A stretch of DNA of 64,000 bases, taken from Balanoglossus misakiensis. Lineage: Eukaryota > Animalia > Hemichordata. Positions 1 to 18,729 of this stretch are shown here, piece by piece (position 1 is the stretch's first letter; each line of letters begins with the position of its first letter). The stretch is taken from positions 5,302,209 through 5,366,208 of the forward strand of contig CM082592.2 in the NCBI GenBank assembly GCA_040954595.2, in the 5' to 3' direction. Position numbers and translations under genes: made by a program. Below the pieces are notes generated by a model, which searched no databases, was not told the DNA's origin, and saw nothing but the letters and a program-made list of their open reading frames with translations.

Positions 1-5301
<5,301 letters not shown>

Positions 5302-5677
5302 GATATGAGATGGACAGTCTCAGAGACAAAGAGGGAGAGAATGTTGGAGAGTAGGTACGATTTATAGTTTCATTTTTCTAATGAATTTACACACCTTTAG
5401 GATATGTTTCAAGTAACGTGTTTCGACTGTTTGGAATTACAGAACATAAGCTGTACCCAGACATCAAAAGGGATATGGAAGCTGCCTGTGTTTGCAATGA
5501 GTTTTGAGATTTCCTTGTATATCTTATTTAAAACCCAAATACTAATCTATTAAAATGTGTACGTATAAGTGAACTCATTGAACTTTGGGCAGAATTTTAT
5601 CGCATCCACATTCCGACTATTCAGGAATATCTACTGTATTACTGTAAATATCAAATGAAATTGGCGTATACACTCAC

Positions 5678-5691
5678 CTCTGGAAAAGGTT
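5678..5691 (-). other. Candidate 14-nt exon (AACCTTTTCCAGAG), or 2-nt exon AG, directly upstream of the microexon array
   Basis: Preceded by a (TC)n tract and CTAG, followed by the strong donor GAG|GTGAGT. An internal TTTTCCAG is an alternative acceptor. Confidence 0.45.
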
Positions 5692-7296
5692 CTAGAGAGA
5701 GAGACAGAGAGAGAGAGAGACAGACAGAAAGAGAGCGATAGAGGGAGAATACTTTCAGATGACTGTTAAGTTGAATATCAGTTTGAGGGTCACGATATAT
5801 ACATTGTATTATCTATAAACTATAAAATTATCTATAGATCTGTTACTTATTTCATTCCAAATTAAATGTGAATCATATTTCTGGTAAGTTTATTACATTG
5901 GTGCAGTAATGTGCTGTTGTTTCGCAAATATAGTTTTAATTTTTACAAATTCATTAAATATGCAAATTAGCACTTAATCGGCATGACTAGCATCATGTGC
6001 CATCCTATCCTTGTGATGTTTAAATTCATTTCAGGTTTCATCAAAGTAGGTGCAGTTTAACTCTGTATTTGTTAACACTGTCATGTTTCTCTCCGTACAT
6101 AATTAGCTATTACAAAGGAATAGTCTAGAAAACATTTCATTAATATGCAAACCACGCCCACCAAAATACAATCAGGTCAGGCCATCCCCAATCAATACTT
6201 GTCCACGTTTTTAAAAAAATACGATATAAGCTGTTCTTTAGATCGATCGATGACACCGGTAGACAGACAGACAGTCCCCCATCCCCATGCGTGCTCAAAT
6301 TCCAAAACATCAACCCATGTATATATTCCAGCATATTACCAATTCTTAGACATGTCTTTTTTAGTCCAAATGTGGGTTACTGTTGCATCTGAAGGTTGTT
6401 CAAAAGCACCGGGAAATTTCCTGTGTTGATTGTAAAATCTGTGTTTTTGCTTAATAAAATCAAATTCAAAGTCGTTTAGCTCTGATATGAATATGAATTT
6501 CCGATTTTAAGTACATAAATGGAAGAGCACTCAGATGTCATATTAATTAGTCTGGATTCTGTACTAGAGTGATTTTTCGCTAGGCTTACACACAGCAAAA
6601 AACCCCATGCCAGTTCGAATTCTAGACTACATATTAATGGACCGTGTGGTTGATTTTCTCATATCGGAGTAGATACTGCAATTCAAATGTGTTTTTGATT
6701 TCCCATTGTTTCGCATAATAGACATTAATTGGTAAAATACAGCATAGAAAATTATTAGTGTCTACCTCTTGTTCTTCCTTGACTAATTTCCTTCTCATCT
6801 GGGAATTTTGATGCCATGGTAACCTTCGCTTAAAACACACAAACAATAAGAAATTAATTCAATCTTAATACATTTGTAACGACGTGCTTTTAATTGAATA
6901 TGTATGTCGCTTTTGATGCAGGGCATCTTTTCTTTTAGACCACATTTGCACGATGCGCAAAAAAACTCCAATATGCGATCTGAAAACTGAACCCAAAATG
7001 CCAAGGCGAATCACTTCCTATAACAATTTGTAGTGTATTGAAAAAGTGGTGTGAAAATTTCTGTGAAATGCTATAGCTATGGATTTAGGAGTTCCTTCAA
7101 ACATAGCCATAGAACTTTGGATGAAAGCATGCATGTACATGTACAGATATACGTTCATTCTCCACACAGAGTCCAGCGTGTATAATTTTAACCTACCTAA
7201 AGAAGCTAGTCTGACCAACACTGTATTGTCAGGTCAGACTCTGTAGGTAGGTCAGTCAGTCCACAGTACTGGGAATGATCGATACCAGATACTCAC

Positions 7297-7372
7297 CCAC
7301 CGAGCCGTGCATGCGCAGGACAGTCAAAGTCAACTTGACGGTGTTTATTTAGCCATAAATTTCCTTGTCAAT
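7297..7372 (-). other. Candidate 76-nt exon containing a possible start codon (ATG at 7312: M-H-G-S-V-) of the array gene
   Basis: U-rich acceptor (ttgtttttttgggtccag) and donor TGG|GTGAGT. Stops occur in all three frames upstream of the ATG, consistent with 5'UTR. 16 coding nt plus 14 (or 2) nt places the array in phase 0. Confidence 0.35.
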
Positions 7373-7428
7373 CTGGACCCAAAAAAACAACAACATTCTG
7401 TTCATTTGTTTGGACTAACTACATGACA

Positions 7429-7477
7429 TGAACTGAATTGAATTGAATTGAATTGAATTGAATTGAATTGAACTGAA
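7429..7477. repeat. (GAATT)n microsatellite
   Basis: Direct reading. Confidence 0.9.
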
Positions 7478-7651
7478 AATTGTGGGCAATAAAAACTGAA
7501 GTGTATTTATTCTGTGTATATTTTTATAGCCTAGTTGGTCGTACCATACCCTGTGTGTTTTAGATAGACTCACACACATGCAGTGTCTGAATTTCTATAT
7601 ATCTAAAACACACTGGTATGGGACCAGGCTTAGGTATATACACACAAACCT

Positions 7652-7743
7652 TAGCCTAGTCCTAGCCGTATTTTGTCCGCTTTGCTTCCAAAACTAACAA
7701 AGAAGCGAAAGCAGACAAAATATGGCTTAATAGGACTAGGCTA
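7652..7743. mobile_element. Short foldback/MITE-like element with TAGCCTAGTCCTA...TAGGACTAGGCTA ends
   Basis: Terminal inverted repeats with internal complementary segments. A related partial copy lies at about 8670-8723 and another hairpin with similar TAGCCT ends at about 7527-7630. Confidence 0.6.
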
Positions 7744-8558
7744 CACAGACCTGTACACAGAGCTAAGTTGAATCCAACCCAACAGTGAATTGGGCCCCAA
7801 ATGGGATTTCATGATAAAGGTAAACTTAGCTTACTCAGTCAGATACAGAACTTCGTAAACCAGATCCACATATGCCTGTAGGAGTGATGTGGTGAAGCGG
7901 TGCGCCACGAAAGCAGGGACGGTTGTACTTTGATATTAGCCAGCAGTGATAAATAAATAAATATCAAGTAATAAATAAATAAATTATCAACATGGCTACA
8001 CATTTAGTAGATGGCGAGTTGAGTGGTTACTTGTGGTTACACCCCTGGGACCAGAAAATCTGTCCTCAATAGAGGATAATACAGGTAATATTCTATTCAA
8101 ACACTGCAGTGATTTTTGTCTTGAAAAATCTGTCCTGAATTATTAGAGAGGTGTCCGTAATGACAGGTTTCACTGTACCGGTACATCTCTAGACATTCCA
8201 TCAATTATAGACATTGTTGCAAAGAGACCATGGTTTTGAAGCAGTGTAAATCATGTGCAACTGCACATGCAGCGTCACCTGTGCAAACATCTTGGAGTGT
8301 TCCGTCCATTGTATATAGCGCCCTCAACAGGTCAATTTAGCAGTTAATCTAGTAAAGTACAAGTGAAAACATGCATGGCATGCAAACAACCTCATATTTG
8401 GAGTTGACAGATTCGAATAAACTGTACAGATTGTGTAAACACTCTTTGACCCATAAAACCTGCTTGTTCTCGGTTGCTTACCTATATAAGTCTGAAATAC
8501 GAATTAAAATTGTCATCGAAGACCCGAAGAGATAGGCAAGTCCCTTTGCTGTTTCCAT

Positions 8559-8616
8559 GTCTGTGTGTTCCCGGCGTTACACGGTGGAGGCCGTGTAACG
8601 CCGGGAACACACAGAC
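8559..8616. repeat. Perfect 26-bp inverted repeat with 6-nt loop
   Basis: gtctgtgtgttcccggcgttacacgg - tggagg - ccgtgtaacgccgggaacacacagac. Confidence 0.9.
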
Positions 8617-10137
8617 CTGTACGCAGAGCTAATACTAGCTCGCGCATAAGTCCAGAGCTAAGCTAATACTAGCCTACTCCTAGCCATAAGCAAAGCGGAC
8701 AAAATACGGCTAGGACTAGGTTAACTCATACAAACTCTGCATGTAGTGTATACAATTCATTGATCTAACACAGACAACAGAAAGAGATGAGAATAGCAGC
8801 CAGAAAACGCTTCCCAATGGTTGAAATGTCAAAGCAATATACTGCACCATACATTGTTGAATCCTGCCTACCGTTCAGTTTTACGGCCTAGGGGGGGGGG
8901 GGGGTCACTTTAAATTTTGAAGTCCAAAAGGGGGGGTCATCATTTTTTGGTCCTGGGTGAAGGGGGGGGGGGGGTCGGCCTGATTTTGAAAACCGATGAC
9001 ACAAACTTGCCAACCCCCCCCCCCCCAATTCAAACCACAAAGGGCATATTTTATAGGTCATAACTGGTAGTAACAGACTGCAATGATTAGAACATGACGC
9101 GTTATGTACAAAGCAAAACTTTTTTTTTATTCACAAACAATGTAACATAGAATCTGGAGAAAGGGTCATACATGATATGGATAAACAGAAAGCTATAATG
9201 AAACGACAGTAAATTTGAGGTCATCAAATGATTCAAATGATTGTGCTATATAGTTGGAGCTGATTAAGGTAAACATGATAACAGAATAGCCGATACTGTC
9301 AAGACCATGCACTTTTTGCGCCATGATTTTGTAAAAATAAGATGTCAACCACTTTTTTTTTTGGGGGGGGGGGGTTACACACTGTACTTCTACCATGCAC
9401 AGGACAAAACAGAGAATTTCTCTAACGAATCTTGTACTGGGTTTTACACCAGTGTCTGGAATCCTCAATTAACACATGGGCATTTTAGAATTGCCCGGTA
9501 AATTTTCAACCTGCACAAAAGCTATTCAGAGTTTGAAGTAACCTGGTCAGCCATGTAGGTCAACTCAAAAGTTTTCACACATACAACAGGTGGTAATTAC
9601 ACCTCACATTATTGCGCATGAAATTTACAGCCAAAATTCCACCATCATAACCAACTTCAGAAATAGTTGATAGTAACGTTTATATTACAGTGAGACCTGT
9701 CATTACAGACATGAACCTCTATTAGGACAAATTTTTAAGATTATAATAATAATACGGAATACCTAGAATACAACCAACGAACAGGAATTCTTCAACTATA
9801 AGACAACTCAAATTTTAATTCATGGCTAATTATGAAAAAGGCAACATAATGATAAACCATCCAATGGTAATGAAGGGATGAGAAAAATGACAGTATTTTA
9901 TACATTATCCAGCACATATACAAAATATTGATAAATTACATGATTGATGAAATATCTGCCATCACCTTCCTGTTTCGAAATCTATTTATGGTTTTGGAGT
10001 GGCATAAACTCTCCAGTTGTTATCTACACAAATTAGACGCTATCTGTCTACGTTTATATCACCAATAAATCAATTAATGGTTAAAAACTTCATAACTGCA
10101 ATTTAAGTTTGCTTTATGCTCCATATGTGTACATACG

Positions 10138-10246
10138 GTATGTATGTATGTATGTATGTATGTATGTATGTATGTATGTATGTATGTATGTATGTATGTA
10201 TGTATGTATGTATGTATGTATGTATGTATGTACGTACGTACGTATG
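10138..10246. repeat. (TATG)n microsatellite
   Basis: Direct reading; explains the MYVC-repeat ORFs. Confidence 0.95.
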
Positions 10247-11487
10247 TGAAAATGCAGGTCCCATGTGCACATCATGTATCTATCTGTCTGTTCAGCTGCA
10301 TAGCTAAATCTGCACTGATTGAGAGAGACAAGTGATGCGGAGCGATGCAGCTCCAGAGTGCATAAACGAAGAATGACAGAAAACGAGAAAATAAAAACGG
10401 ATTGAAATTTTAAAGGAAGGAAGAAACAGCACCTCTATTCCGAACACAATTAAACATCACTGAAGTTCTGAGATCAGAATGGGTGCAGCATACAAAAGAT
10501 GAAAAAGAAATATGAAACAATGGCAAAAATATATCACCGTAGAAAAAAATTAGACAAAACAGATTTCAGGGCTATCCAAAGCAACAATTCATAAAGTGGT
10601 TTGAAGAAATAGCGTGGCATAAATGGTTCTTATGAAAAATATGCAATTTTTTTACAGTGGTAGCAATGGCATAACAAAATTCATTTTGACAGCCATATTG
10701 AAGGGGTCAAAGGTCACATGCAAATAGTAAGGCCAAAAGTTGAAGGCTTCACTAACCTGCGTCCCATACATCGATAATTATAAATGGTGCCAAAATTTGA
10801 ATTTCACAGTCAATGTCAATGTCAGAGGACTAGAAGGTAAATATAACCACATTTCTGGGCATGAGTTATGCCAGTCAAGAGATTCTTTCAAGAATAATGC
10901 ATATAAAAAACACCACACCACCTTCATTCCTAACGGTAACCCTGTCTTTTTTTTCTTAGAGAATATAGAAATTTCATTACTACAGTACAGTATACATCAA
11001 GAATTCTTCTGGTTTCAAGAATTGTTAGACCAGCTTATTTACAAACGGACTTATACATTTACAGTGTCTAAATATTACCATGAAGGACTGAGCTGGGTGG
11101 CCGAGTACTTGGTACACCATCCAGTCTGCCTATCTCAACACTACTATTAGTAATAAAGATTTCCCATAGTATAATTTTAGAATTACAACTGTTTCACTCT
11201 TTGGGCAAAAAGTGGACATCACTGACAACTGTACCACAAAGAAATAATTTGAAATTGCATCATTAATTCCTCGCGACATCGAAGAAAACAACAGAAACTG
11301 GGATCTTTGAGAGCGAAAACTATGCAAGCCACATAATACAAAAGCTTGCTACAGCAACGACAGGTGCCCCCCAAAGTACCAAAGCTTCTAAACAATTCTG
11401 TCATGAAGCAGCTATGGTGTTTAGTCTTACTTAAGCTGCCTAAAAAAGTGACATTCAAATATCCAGTACGGATGCCTAAAGGTGGCA

Positions 11488-11581
11488 TCAACCCATTCAC
11501 CCCCATATTCCCTGTACAGAGGTCCAACCTTACCACAGAAAACAGTGGATTCGGACCGAACCATGGCGGTGAAAGGGTTAA
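11488..11581. mobile_element. piggyBac-like MITE (CCC...GGG ends, TTAA-type flank)
   Basis: aacccattcacccc...ggtgaaagggTTAA. Clearly homologous to the copy at 41956-42049. Confidence 0.6.
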
Positions 11582-11752
11582 AACAGACTTGTATCGCGCT
11601 ATGATACAGAAAACTACAGACGCGCAAAGCAGGCACCTTGTAATATATATTGCCTACAACTGCCACGATCGCAAAAATCAAACATTGATTCGTCATTGAC
11701 ATTCAACAGGGAAGGCTTTTTCCTTCAAGTTCAAAAAACAGAACTTGAGAAT

Positions 11753-14700
11753 TCACGCGACTGAGTCTGCAGCTCTGTTCTGGTCACTGCTCTGGGTCGG
11801 TAGCATGGGAACGTTCTCTCGTTCTTCCGTAGATTCATTGCATCGGTTTTCGTTCATACTGCCCTGAGAACTCACCGAGGCTTCTCTTGCTGGGCGAACT
11901 ACCAACAGAACAAAAACATTTTTTATATTTCATATAAAATCTTGTCATTATAGTAAAGCCCCATAGCTGCCACTTTTTCATTGATACATTCTTTCAATCA
12001 TCTTCCTATCCTTAGTTGAAAGACAATGTTTTTATTTATTTATACCTTTGTAGTTACTGTCATCTGTTCACAGTGTTTTTGTTAAGGGGGGTACCCAGGT
12101 AAGGTTACCAGGGTTCCCAAGTCATTTTACCGGGGTTCCCCTTGGTATATCAATGTATTCATATTGGTAGGTAGCAGAAGCATTACCGGGGCCCGGGGTT
12201 CCCCAGTCTGAGCAAAAACACTGGTTCAAATGCATTTCAACCCTATCCCTGGGCTTGCTGAGGACATGTTTTCAGGCAGATACTTGTAAAACGTGGCCAT
12301 GACACTTACCACTGTTAGGATTTACCACTGTCTGTTGAGTGTCACTTGCGGCTGCTTGCAGCAAAGCCGCACTCTGATCCGTAGTGCTCACAGGTGTGCT
12401 GGGGGCACTGTCGTTGTCTAGAAGTAGAGTTGTATCGTACGGGGGAGGGGGTTCCTCGTTGGCAGAGGGTGGCTTGTACAGACTGGAAAAAAATGAAAAG
12501 AATAAAAAGAGCTGTTAGATAAAGTAAACCACAGAAAGCTGAATACTTGCCAAAGTATTTGAAGAAAATACGAAATCTCCTGGTGTTGTACGTACATAGG
12601 GATTATTCGGAATTATGCCGGTATACAGAAATGAATCATGACAAAAATGATAGGAACATATAAAAATCGGATTTTTATTTGTATAGAAGGAAACGGAATA
12701 CTGGGAATAAAGAACAGATGTTTACTGAAATAAGAAAGATACCTGTATGGTGGCGGAGGTTCGGGATAAATGCTGGCATCAATTTCATCCAGATGAGATG
12801 CCGGGGTCAGCGCAGATCCCGAATTCAGCCTCATCCCTCCAGATCTGGTCCTGAAACCACTTCCTACAGGGGACATACATGTAGTTGAAACTACTGTGGA
12901 CTGGGGCCTATTTCCCTTGAGAGACATTCACTTCAATGATTTACTCTGATAATCTGAACAAGGCTTATCAGATACTTCCAAACATATCTCTTTACATTCT
13001 AGTGAAGATATTACAAGTTTAGGTTTCCTTGTTGACCTTTGACCCAAGACTCCATACTTGGTTCAAAATTCACCAAAATAAACTAACAATTTGATGGGGC
13101 TAGAAAGTTGGCAATGATGGTAACACTGGAATTACTCTAACATTTCAGTATAAATATTAAACTCTGTTGTCATTTTATGTAGAACTTTGACTTACTTGAG
13201 GTGTAATGAATTAAAGCCATTCTCCTCTGTCGTATTCTATGCACCATGAACAACAGCAGTCCCAGAATGAGAAAGGATGTTGCCGACGTCAACACCCAAC
13301 GCATGCTGTCACTGAAATCAAACAGTTCCTCTGGGGAGAAAAAACAAGTTCAAAACCAAGTTAGATTTCAAAACCTTTACAGATGTTTTATTTTAATTAA
13401 TTGAAGTGATTGCTTGAAAATAATTCCTTATATGATTAATTGATGTGTAATATGAAATAAATTTGAAAGTGCTGGTAGAAGTGTACGTTCTATTGTGTGT
13501 ATACAATGACAGCCAACCTGCTTGGTATAAACTCTTACCTTGTGGGTATTCACTATCGATGCAAGTGAAAGAGCAGCATTTGTAGGGATCCTGGATGAAA
13601 TTCTGGCAGTTTGGGGGGCCGGCGCACAGCGCGGCACTGCACATGATAGCTTCTCCTTTGTAACAGGTGCAGTTGATGCAGGGATCCCGGCCACTCGGGG
13701 TGAATCGGTGTCCTTCTTGGACATGGCTGCCCCTGTGGTCGATGCACTGCGAGGATGACACTGCAATGAGACAAAAAGAAAACTGGGGATTAGCATGTTA
13801 TATATGCTTTTGTGAATGAATGGATGGATGGATTGGTGGGTATGTCAGAGGATGGATGGATGCATGGATGGATGGATGGATGGATGAATGAATGAATGAA
13901 CAAATGAATAAAATCAGAAAGAAATCTATGATTGTATGAATGAATGAATGAATGAATGTGTAAATGAATGAATGAATGAATGAATGAATGAATGAATGAA
14001 TGGACAAGATTTTAAGTTGGTAAAAATGATCAAATTTCTCTTATCACAATATTTTAGCAATGTCAAAATCTCTCTAATAAAGTATTACTCACTCCCTTTG
14101 TCTGTTAGAATTTTAAATTGTCCCCTGTAAGAAAGTAGCACTTACATTTTTTACACAGGAATTCCGACTTTGAGTTGCACTGCTGCACATACCACTGCGA
14201 GGAATATTCGCCGATTTTGTGATTCTGGTCGAACACGAGCTGCCCGCACAATTTGACGTCTTCGTCCGACGCGGTCGGCCCGAACAAGGGCTGGTGCTGG
14301 AACACTCCGTCCTGGTGGGCGACATCCTCGCCCAGAAACTGCTCCTCCGCGACTTCCCACTGCGCTGTCCCGTTGCTCTTCCTGTAATAATACCCCATCC
14401 ACCAGGAGTGGTGGCCGAACTCATCGTTCAGTTGGTTGGGGGTCCACTGCTTGCTCACAATGAACTGGAGTTCAGTGTCCGTGGCAACCGTTGCCAGGAA
14501 ACCACCCAGCGTGCTGCACTGATCCTGGGCCTCTCGGTACGGCAGTTTGGTTTCAAAGAAACGGTAACAGCTCTTGGTCTCTTTGTAAACATGCCACTCG
14601 TCTGGGCACTGACCTGTCGAAGTAAATGACACAGCAGATATTGATCAGTAATAAGATTTTGAAGCAAGATTCATTCTATCTATGCTTAGAACCGCACCAC

Positions 14701-17700
14701 TGGTTTCAATTTGGAAATGTTTCTCAGTTATTAAATTCAGCAAATTAATATATAATCCTGGATACATTTTTTTCCGAGTTTTACATCCAGCATTGCCTCA
14801 CACGGGATAGTATACAACTATTGAGCTTTTATTTCATGATTTTTTCCATATCAATTCATCCCAGCGGATATAACCTTTGTACATACTGGGGGTAGCAATG
14901 AAATGACCTTTATACTAAACTAGTTGACACGGTAGTCTAGAATATAGATACCGTACTGGCGCTCAGGTAGTTCAGAAAGCAATTTACAGGCGTCTAGATT
15001 CTAGACTAACACTGACATCTTATCTTATTGATGTGGCTACACCTCATGGCACTTAGCTGTTAAAGTGCAATTTAGACACAATCTAATTTAGCTCATCTGT
15101 ATGTACCAAGCAGATGTTTCTGCAAAATATCACTATAACAGCAAATTTCTCATTCGAGGTAGAAATTTTTAATTGGAGGTAGAAAGCTATGCAAAATAAC
15201 TCTGATTTTCTTCAATTGAATCAACATCTATCTAACCAGATAAATTAAATACAGCGCTCAATTCATGATTTCTCATTTTCTGAATAAATTTCAATCAAGA
15301 TTATTGATCAAACGCCATGGTGATCAATACACGAATCAAAACACTGCGCGGAGGGAAAACAAAGACGAGATTTGATTCATAAGCTGGTTTGTAAAACAAC
15401 TGTCTCAGAAGCTGACAGACAAACAAAACCCTGTCAGTAATTCTCATTCACGTCTTGAATCCATAATGCGACATCTCTGTGTAAACAGAATTCATTATGT
15501 GCCACATTGGCGCAGGTAATTGTGATTTTTTAATATCCAGACGTGAAAATAATTATGATCAGTTATAACTGAAACCACAGAAATGGTTCAACAATACATG
15601 TACATGTCATTGCATATTGACACAGATTATTTTTCCCTGCTGAATGAAATCCTTATTCCTATCAGGTAATTCAGAAAGCTTTTTAGGTCTACAAGACATC
15701 TACCGGTACCCTTGACAATTCAACCTTGACATCCGCACAAGTTCATTACCACGTTATTTGTCATTAAGACTCATCCAACACTCAAAGTTAATTCCACTGA
15801 TATCGGCCAATATCGAGTGGCACACTTTGCACATCACATTCCATTCCACTCCAGCCCAACCCCTTTTGTCAATTATCTCAGTTTATTGCATTTGATTTGC
15901 ATGTATGAGCTGGTGTGCATAGGAAAGTATTGATCTAAGCCTGAGCTGTCCTGTTGAAACAGCTGTGGAATTTACTCAGTTTGTTTGCGATGCTTACAAC
16001 AATATTATGATTTTCCCAGGGTACATTTATTACATATTTTTCATATACTCCTGAAGTTACTATACTAGTACCATTAAATCTAAAAAGGCTGAAATTTTCA
16101 ATGATCTTCTGGTAGTGTGAAGATATTTTGTACCTCGTAAATTGCTCTTGGAAACTTGAATTAAAGGGACACAACCTGCTTTTTGGCATCATTTGTTTGT
16201 TTTTATTCCATGTGGGGAGTAACACTATTCTGATTTAAGACTTGGACTCAAATATGGAGTACAGTCGAAAACAATTCTCTGACAATCACATCAATGACAC
16301 CATTTCTGCTCTGTACCATAAATTATGTCATTGAAGTGACAGGCGTTTAACCAAGAAATGAAATTGACAGTGGCATTAATAAAAGTATTCAGTAAAGCAA
16401 AATAAAACACACACAAAAGGATAGGAATAACAAAATCACTGTTGAGATGACACTGACAGACATCATTCACGGCGGATTGCCACTTGATGATTAATTAAAG
16501 GCCAGGGTCATCCATGTAAACAACATCATCTCAGTGGGGAGAGTCTATGCACACACGTTCAACTGCTGGATTGAGAGTCGGCATGAGATTTTGGATAATT
16601 GGGAACAGACAGCGAGCGGTGTTACAGGAGGCTTAGCACATACACAACCACACCGAACCTACATTGAATAGTAAATGTACCAGCATAAAAAAAACTGCCA
16701 TCAACTCTAAACGTGGACTGGCAACTAGTTCATTTATGCTACAGACCTACAGTATCACAGAGTCGGAAGTGTAATTACCATGCATGTGATGCTGAAGTCT
16801 TTTTCTGAAATAATCCCATCATCAATGCCAAACAGTCTCTATTAAAACAGCTGTATTTGCTGCCATTATGATTACGCACGTCCATTTCTTTCAGGAAAAT
16901 CAGTAGATAATATGGATGAGTCTATCTTGCATTCTGAATATATGTGAATTTCAGAATGGTCCGTACAGTACTATTTCACAAGGCATTAGAGAAGTGAATT
17001 TTGCAATATAGCTGCAAGATTTACTTCTATTCTAACTTTAAAAGTGAAAAGTAATTGTACATGTACTCTACATACCAGCATACGATTCGGGATGTTGTTC
17101 GACATCATTCATTAGTGCAACATCGTCCACTGGTACACCATGGCTTTCATTGATGCCTGTAGATTCCCCAGTTCCCATGCCGTCCACAGACGCAAGAGAT
17201 GATGAGCATAACCTGCTACCTGTATGCAATAAAACACAGTCACAATATTATACTTGTGTCTTTATTATTACAGATTTTACACCACAGATTTGAAGTCACC
17301 ATCGTGTCACATAATAAGTGAACCCCCACAAAACCCAACCCCCATCGCATCAACTGCATTGTGAACAGAGAACTAGCGCAAAAAGTATCAAAGTTATCTA
17401 TCTGTGTGGAACTTGTTTATTTTCTTTATTTACGATGCTTAATTAGCCGAATTAACCAGACTGTGGTAGACATCATCATCACCTAGTTAGGTCACATGAT
17501 GGGCCACCTAGAAAATTATATTTCTCAACTATCAGTTCCACCACACATCCCAGCAGGTGAACAAGTGCATGCAGGTCTGTAATGCAATCTGCCGAAATTT
17601 CGAAGGATCATGTTAGCTGTGGTTATTATACCCAGGCTACAAATTCCCAATTTATGTAAACTTTAATGAGTGTAGGTTACATGGCCATTATAATCCAACT

Positions 17701-18429
17701 TTCAAGTTGACATGTAATTTCAAAACATCCAGACCCATGCTGGGAACCTGACAAAATTAATCCTAGTAAAATACCAAATATCTTGGTTTGGTAACTTAAG
17801 AAATCATGTGGGTGGGGGGTCTAAGAATGTGATCCTTTTCGTGTTCTGTTGTGTGTCTTGTAGCACCAGAAGCCCCCAAGAATCGGCCAAACGGAAATCC
17901 CCTATCGACTATTACATACAAAACATGTACTTTCGATGACGTCACAATATTACAAATTCTATGACACATGCAATTAGTGGTTGTACCTGTATTATTTACA
18001 AAATGTAATGCATGGACGAACCTGTATGACAAAAATTCCCCATCAAAACGTTTCTAAAAGAACCTAGGATACAGTGGAGTACTTGAATTAGGTCAGACTG
18101 TCGTGAAGTAGTGTATGTGAGAAGTTCATACAAGTATATTGAAGTAAATGAATTTCCCCGTTGCACTTGCAATGGACTATAGATATTGCATGGAAATGGA
18201 AAACATCATTCTAGATGCAATTAAATATACTGTCGAGCAACCAAATACCGAAATGGGGGCGGTAATCGTACTGCCTTTCTTTGAGTTCATACTTTACAAT
18301 CACAACATCGGCGCGAAGACATACAAGTACAAGGGATCAAGCCCACTTCTTCGTGACAGGAGTCACGGACATACCTTTCAATGCGAAAATTATCCCAATT
18401 ACAAGTCTCCACGTTACAGGACTTTCCAT
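11753..18429 (-). CDS. DGCR2: DGCR2/IDD-like type I membrane protein (signal peptide, C-type lectin, VWC, TM, PPxY-containing tail), about 487 aa
   Basis: Eight exons in continuous frame with GT-AG sites: 18429-18375 (MESPVTWRLVIGIIFALKG), 17219-17076, 14613-14146 (CTLD, CPDEW..SCYRF..WWMG), 13760-13539 (VWC, DPCINCTC..CCSFTCID), 13330-13196 (TM, SMRWVLTSATSFLILGLLLFMVHRIRQRR, DGCR2-like), 12863-12743 (PEPPPPY), 12482-12310 (EEPPPPY), 11898-11753 (TGA). Confidence 0.88.
12071..12223. mobile_element. Non-autonomous DNA transposon (MITE) in the last DGCR2 intron
   Basis: TIRs CAGTGTTTTTG...CAAAAACACTG flanked on both sides by the direct repeat GTTCA (possible 5-bp TSD); internal repeated ttacc(a/g)ggg motifs. 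Confidence 0.7.
13813..14003. repeat. (TGAA)n/(TGGA)n compound microsatellite in a DGCR2 intron
   Basis: Direct reading. Confidence 0.9.
14933..15008. mobile_element. Short MITE with TAGTCTAGAAT...ATTCTAGACTA ends
   Basis: Inverted termini. Related ends occur at about 6548-6629 and 52032-52098. Confidence 0.55.
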
Positions 18430-18729
18430 GATTCAGTGATCTTAAACCATGTCAAATATAACGAGTCTATATATTAGCGATTCTCTATTCCGCAACTGAG
18501 GTCTCCCCAAGGTGTGACGGCTCAAAGACTCTCCGGGATACTCTCTGCAGATCAATTTACAGTTTCACTAAAACTCGGTACGCACTGCCACAACAAACAT
18601 GGCTGCTCGGTCTGGCATCTCGCCAAACGCGAGAAGCCAGCGTGACTACCCCTACGCGAGACTACGCCTGAGATCAGCTGATTGGATCACCTGATTCTTG
18701 TTTAGACTTGGCGTGCACACCTCTTCAAC
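18430..18729. promoter_or_regulatory. Bidirectional promoter/5'UTR region shared by DGCR2 (-) and PXMP2 (+)
   Basis: Start codons are about 300 bp apart head-to-head. The region is locally CpG-richer, with an ATTGG box near 18681 and a YY1-like AACATGGC motif near 18596. Confidence 0.65.

Noticed and set aside
8888-9026. Poly-G runs as a functional G-quadruplex element
   Set aside because: Resembles a fragment of a G-run-rich dispersed repeat; no independent support.
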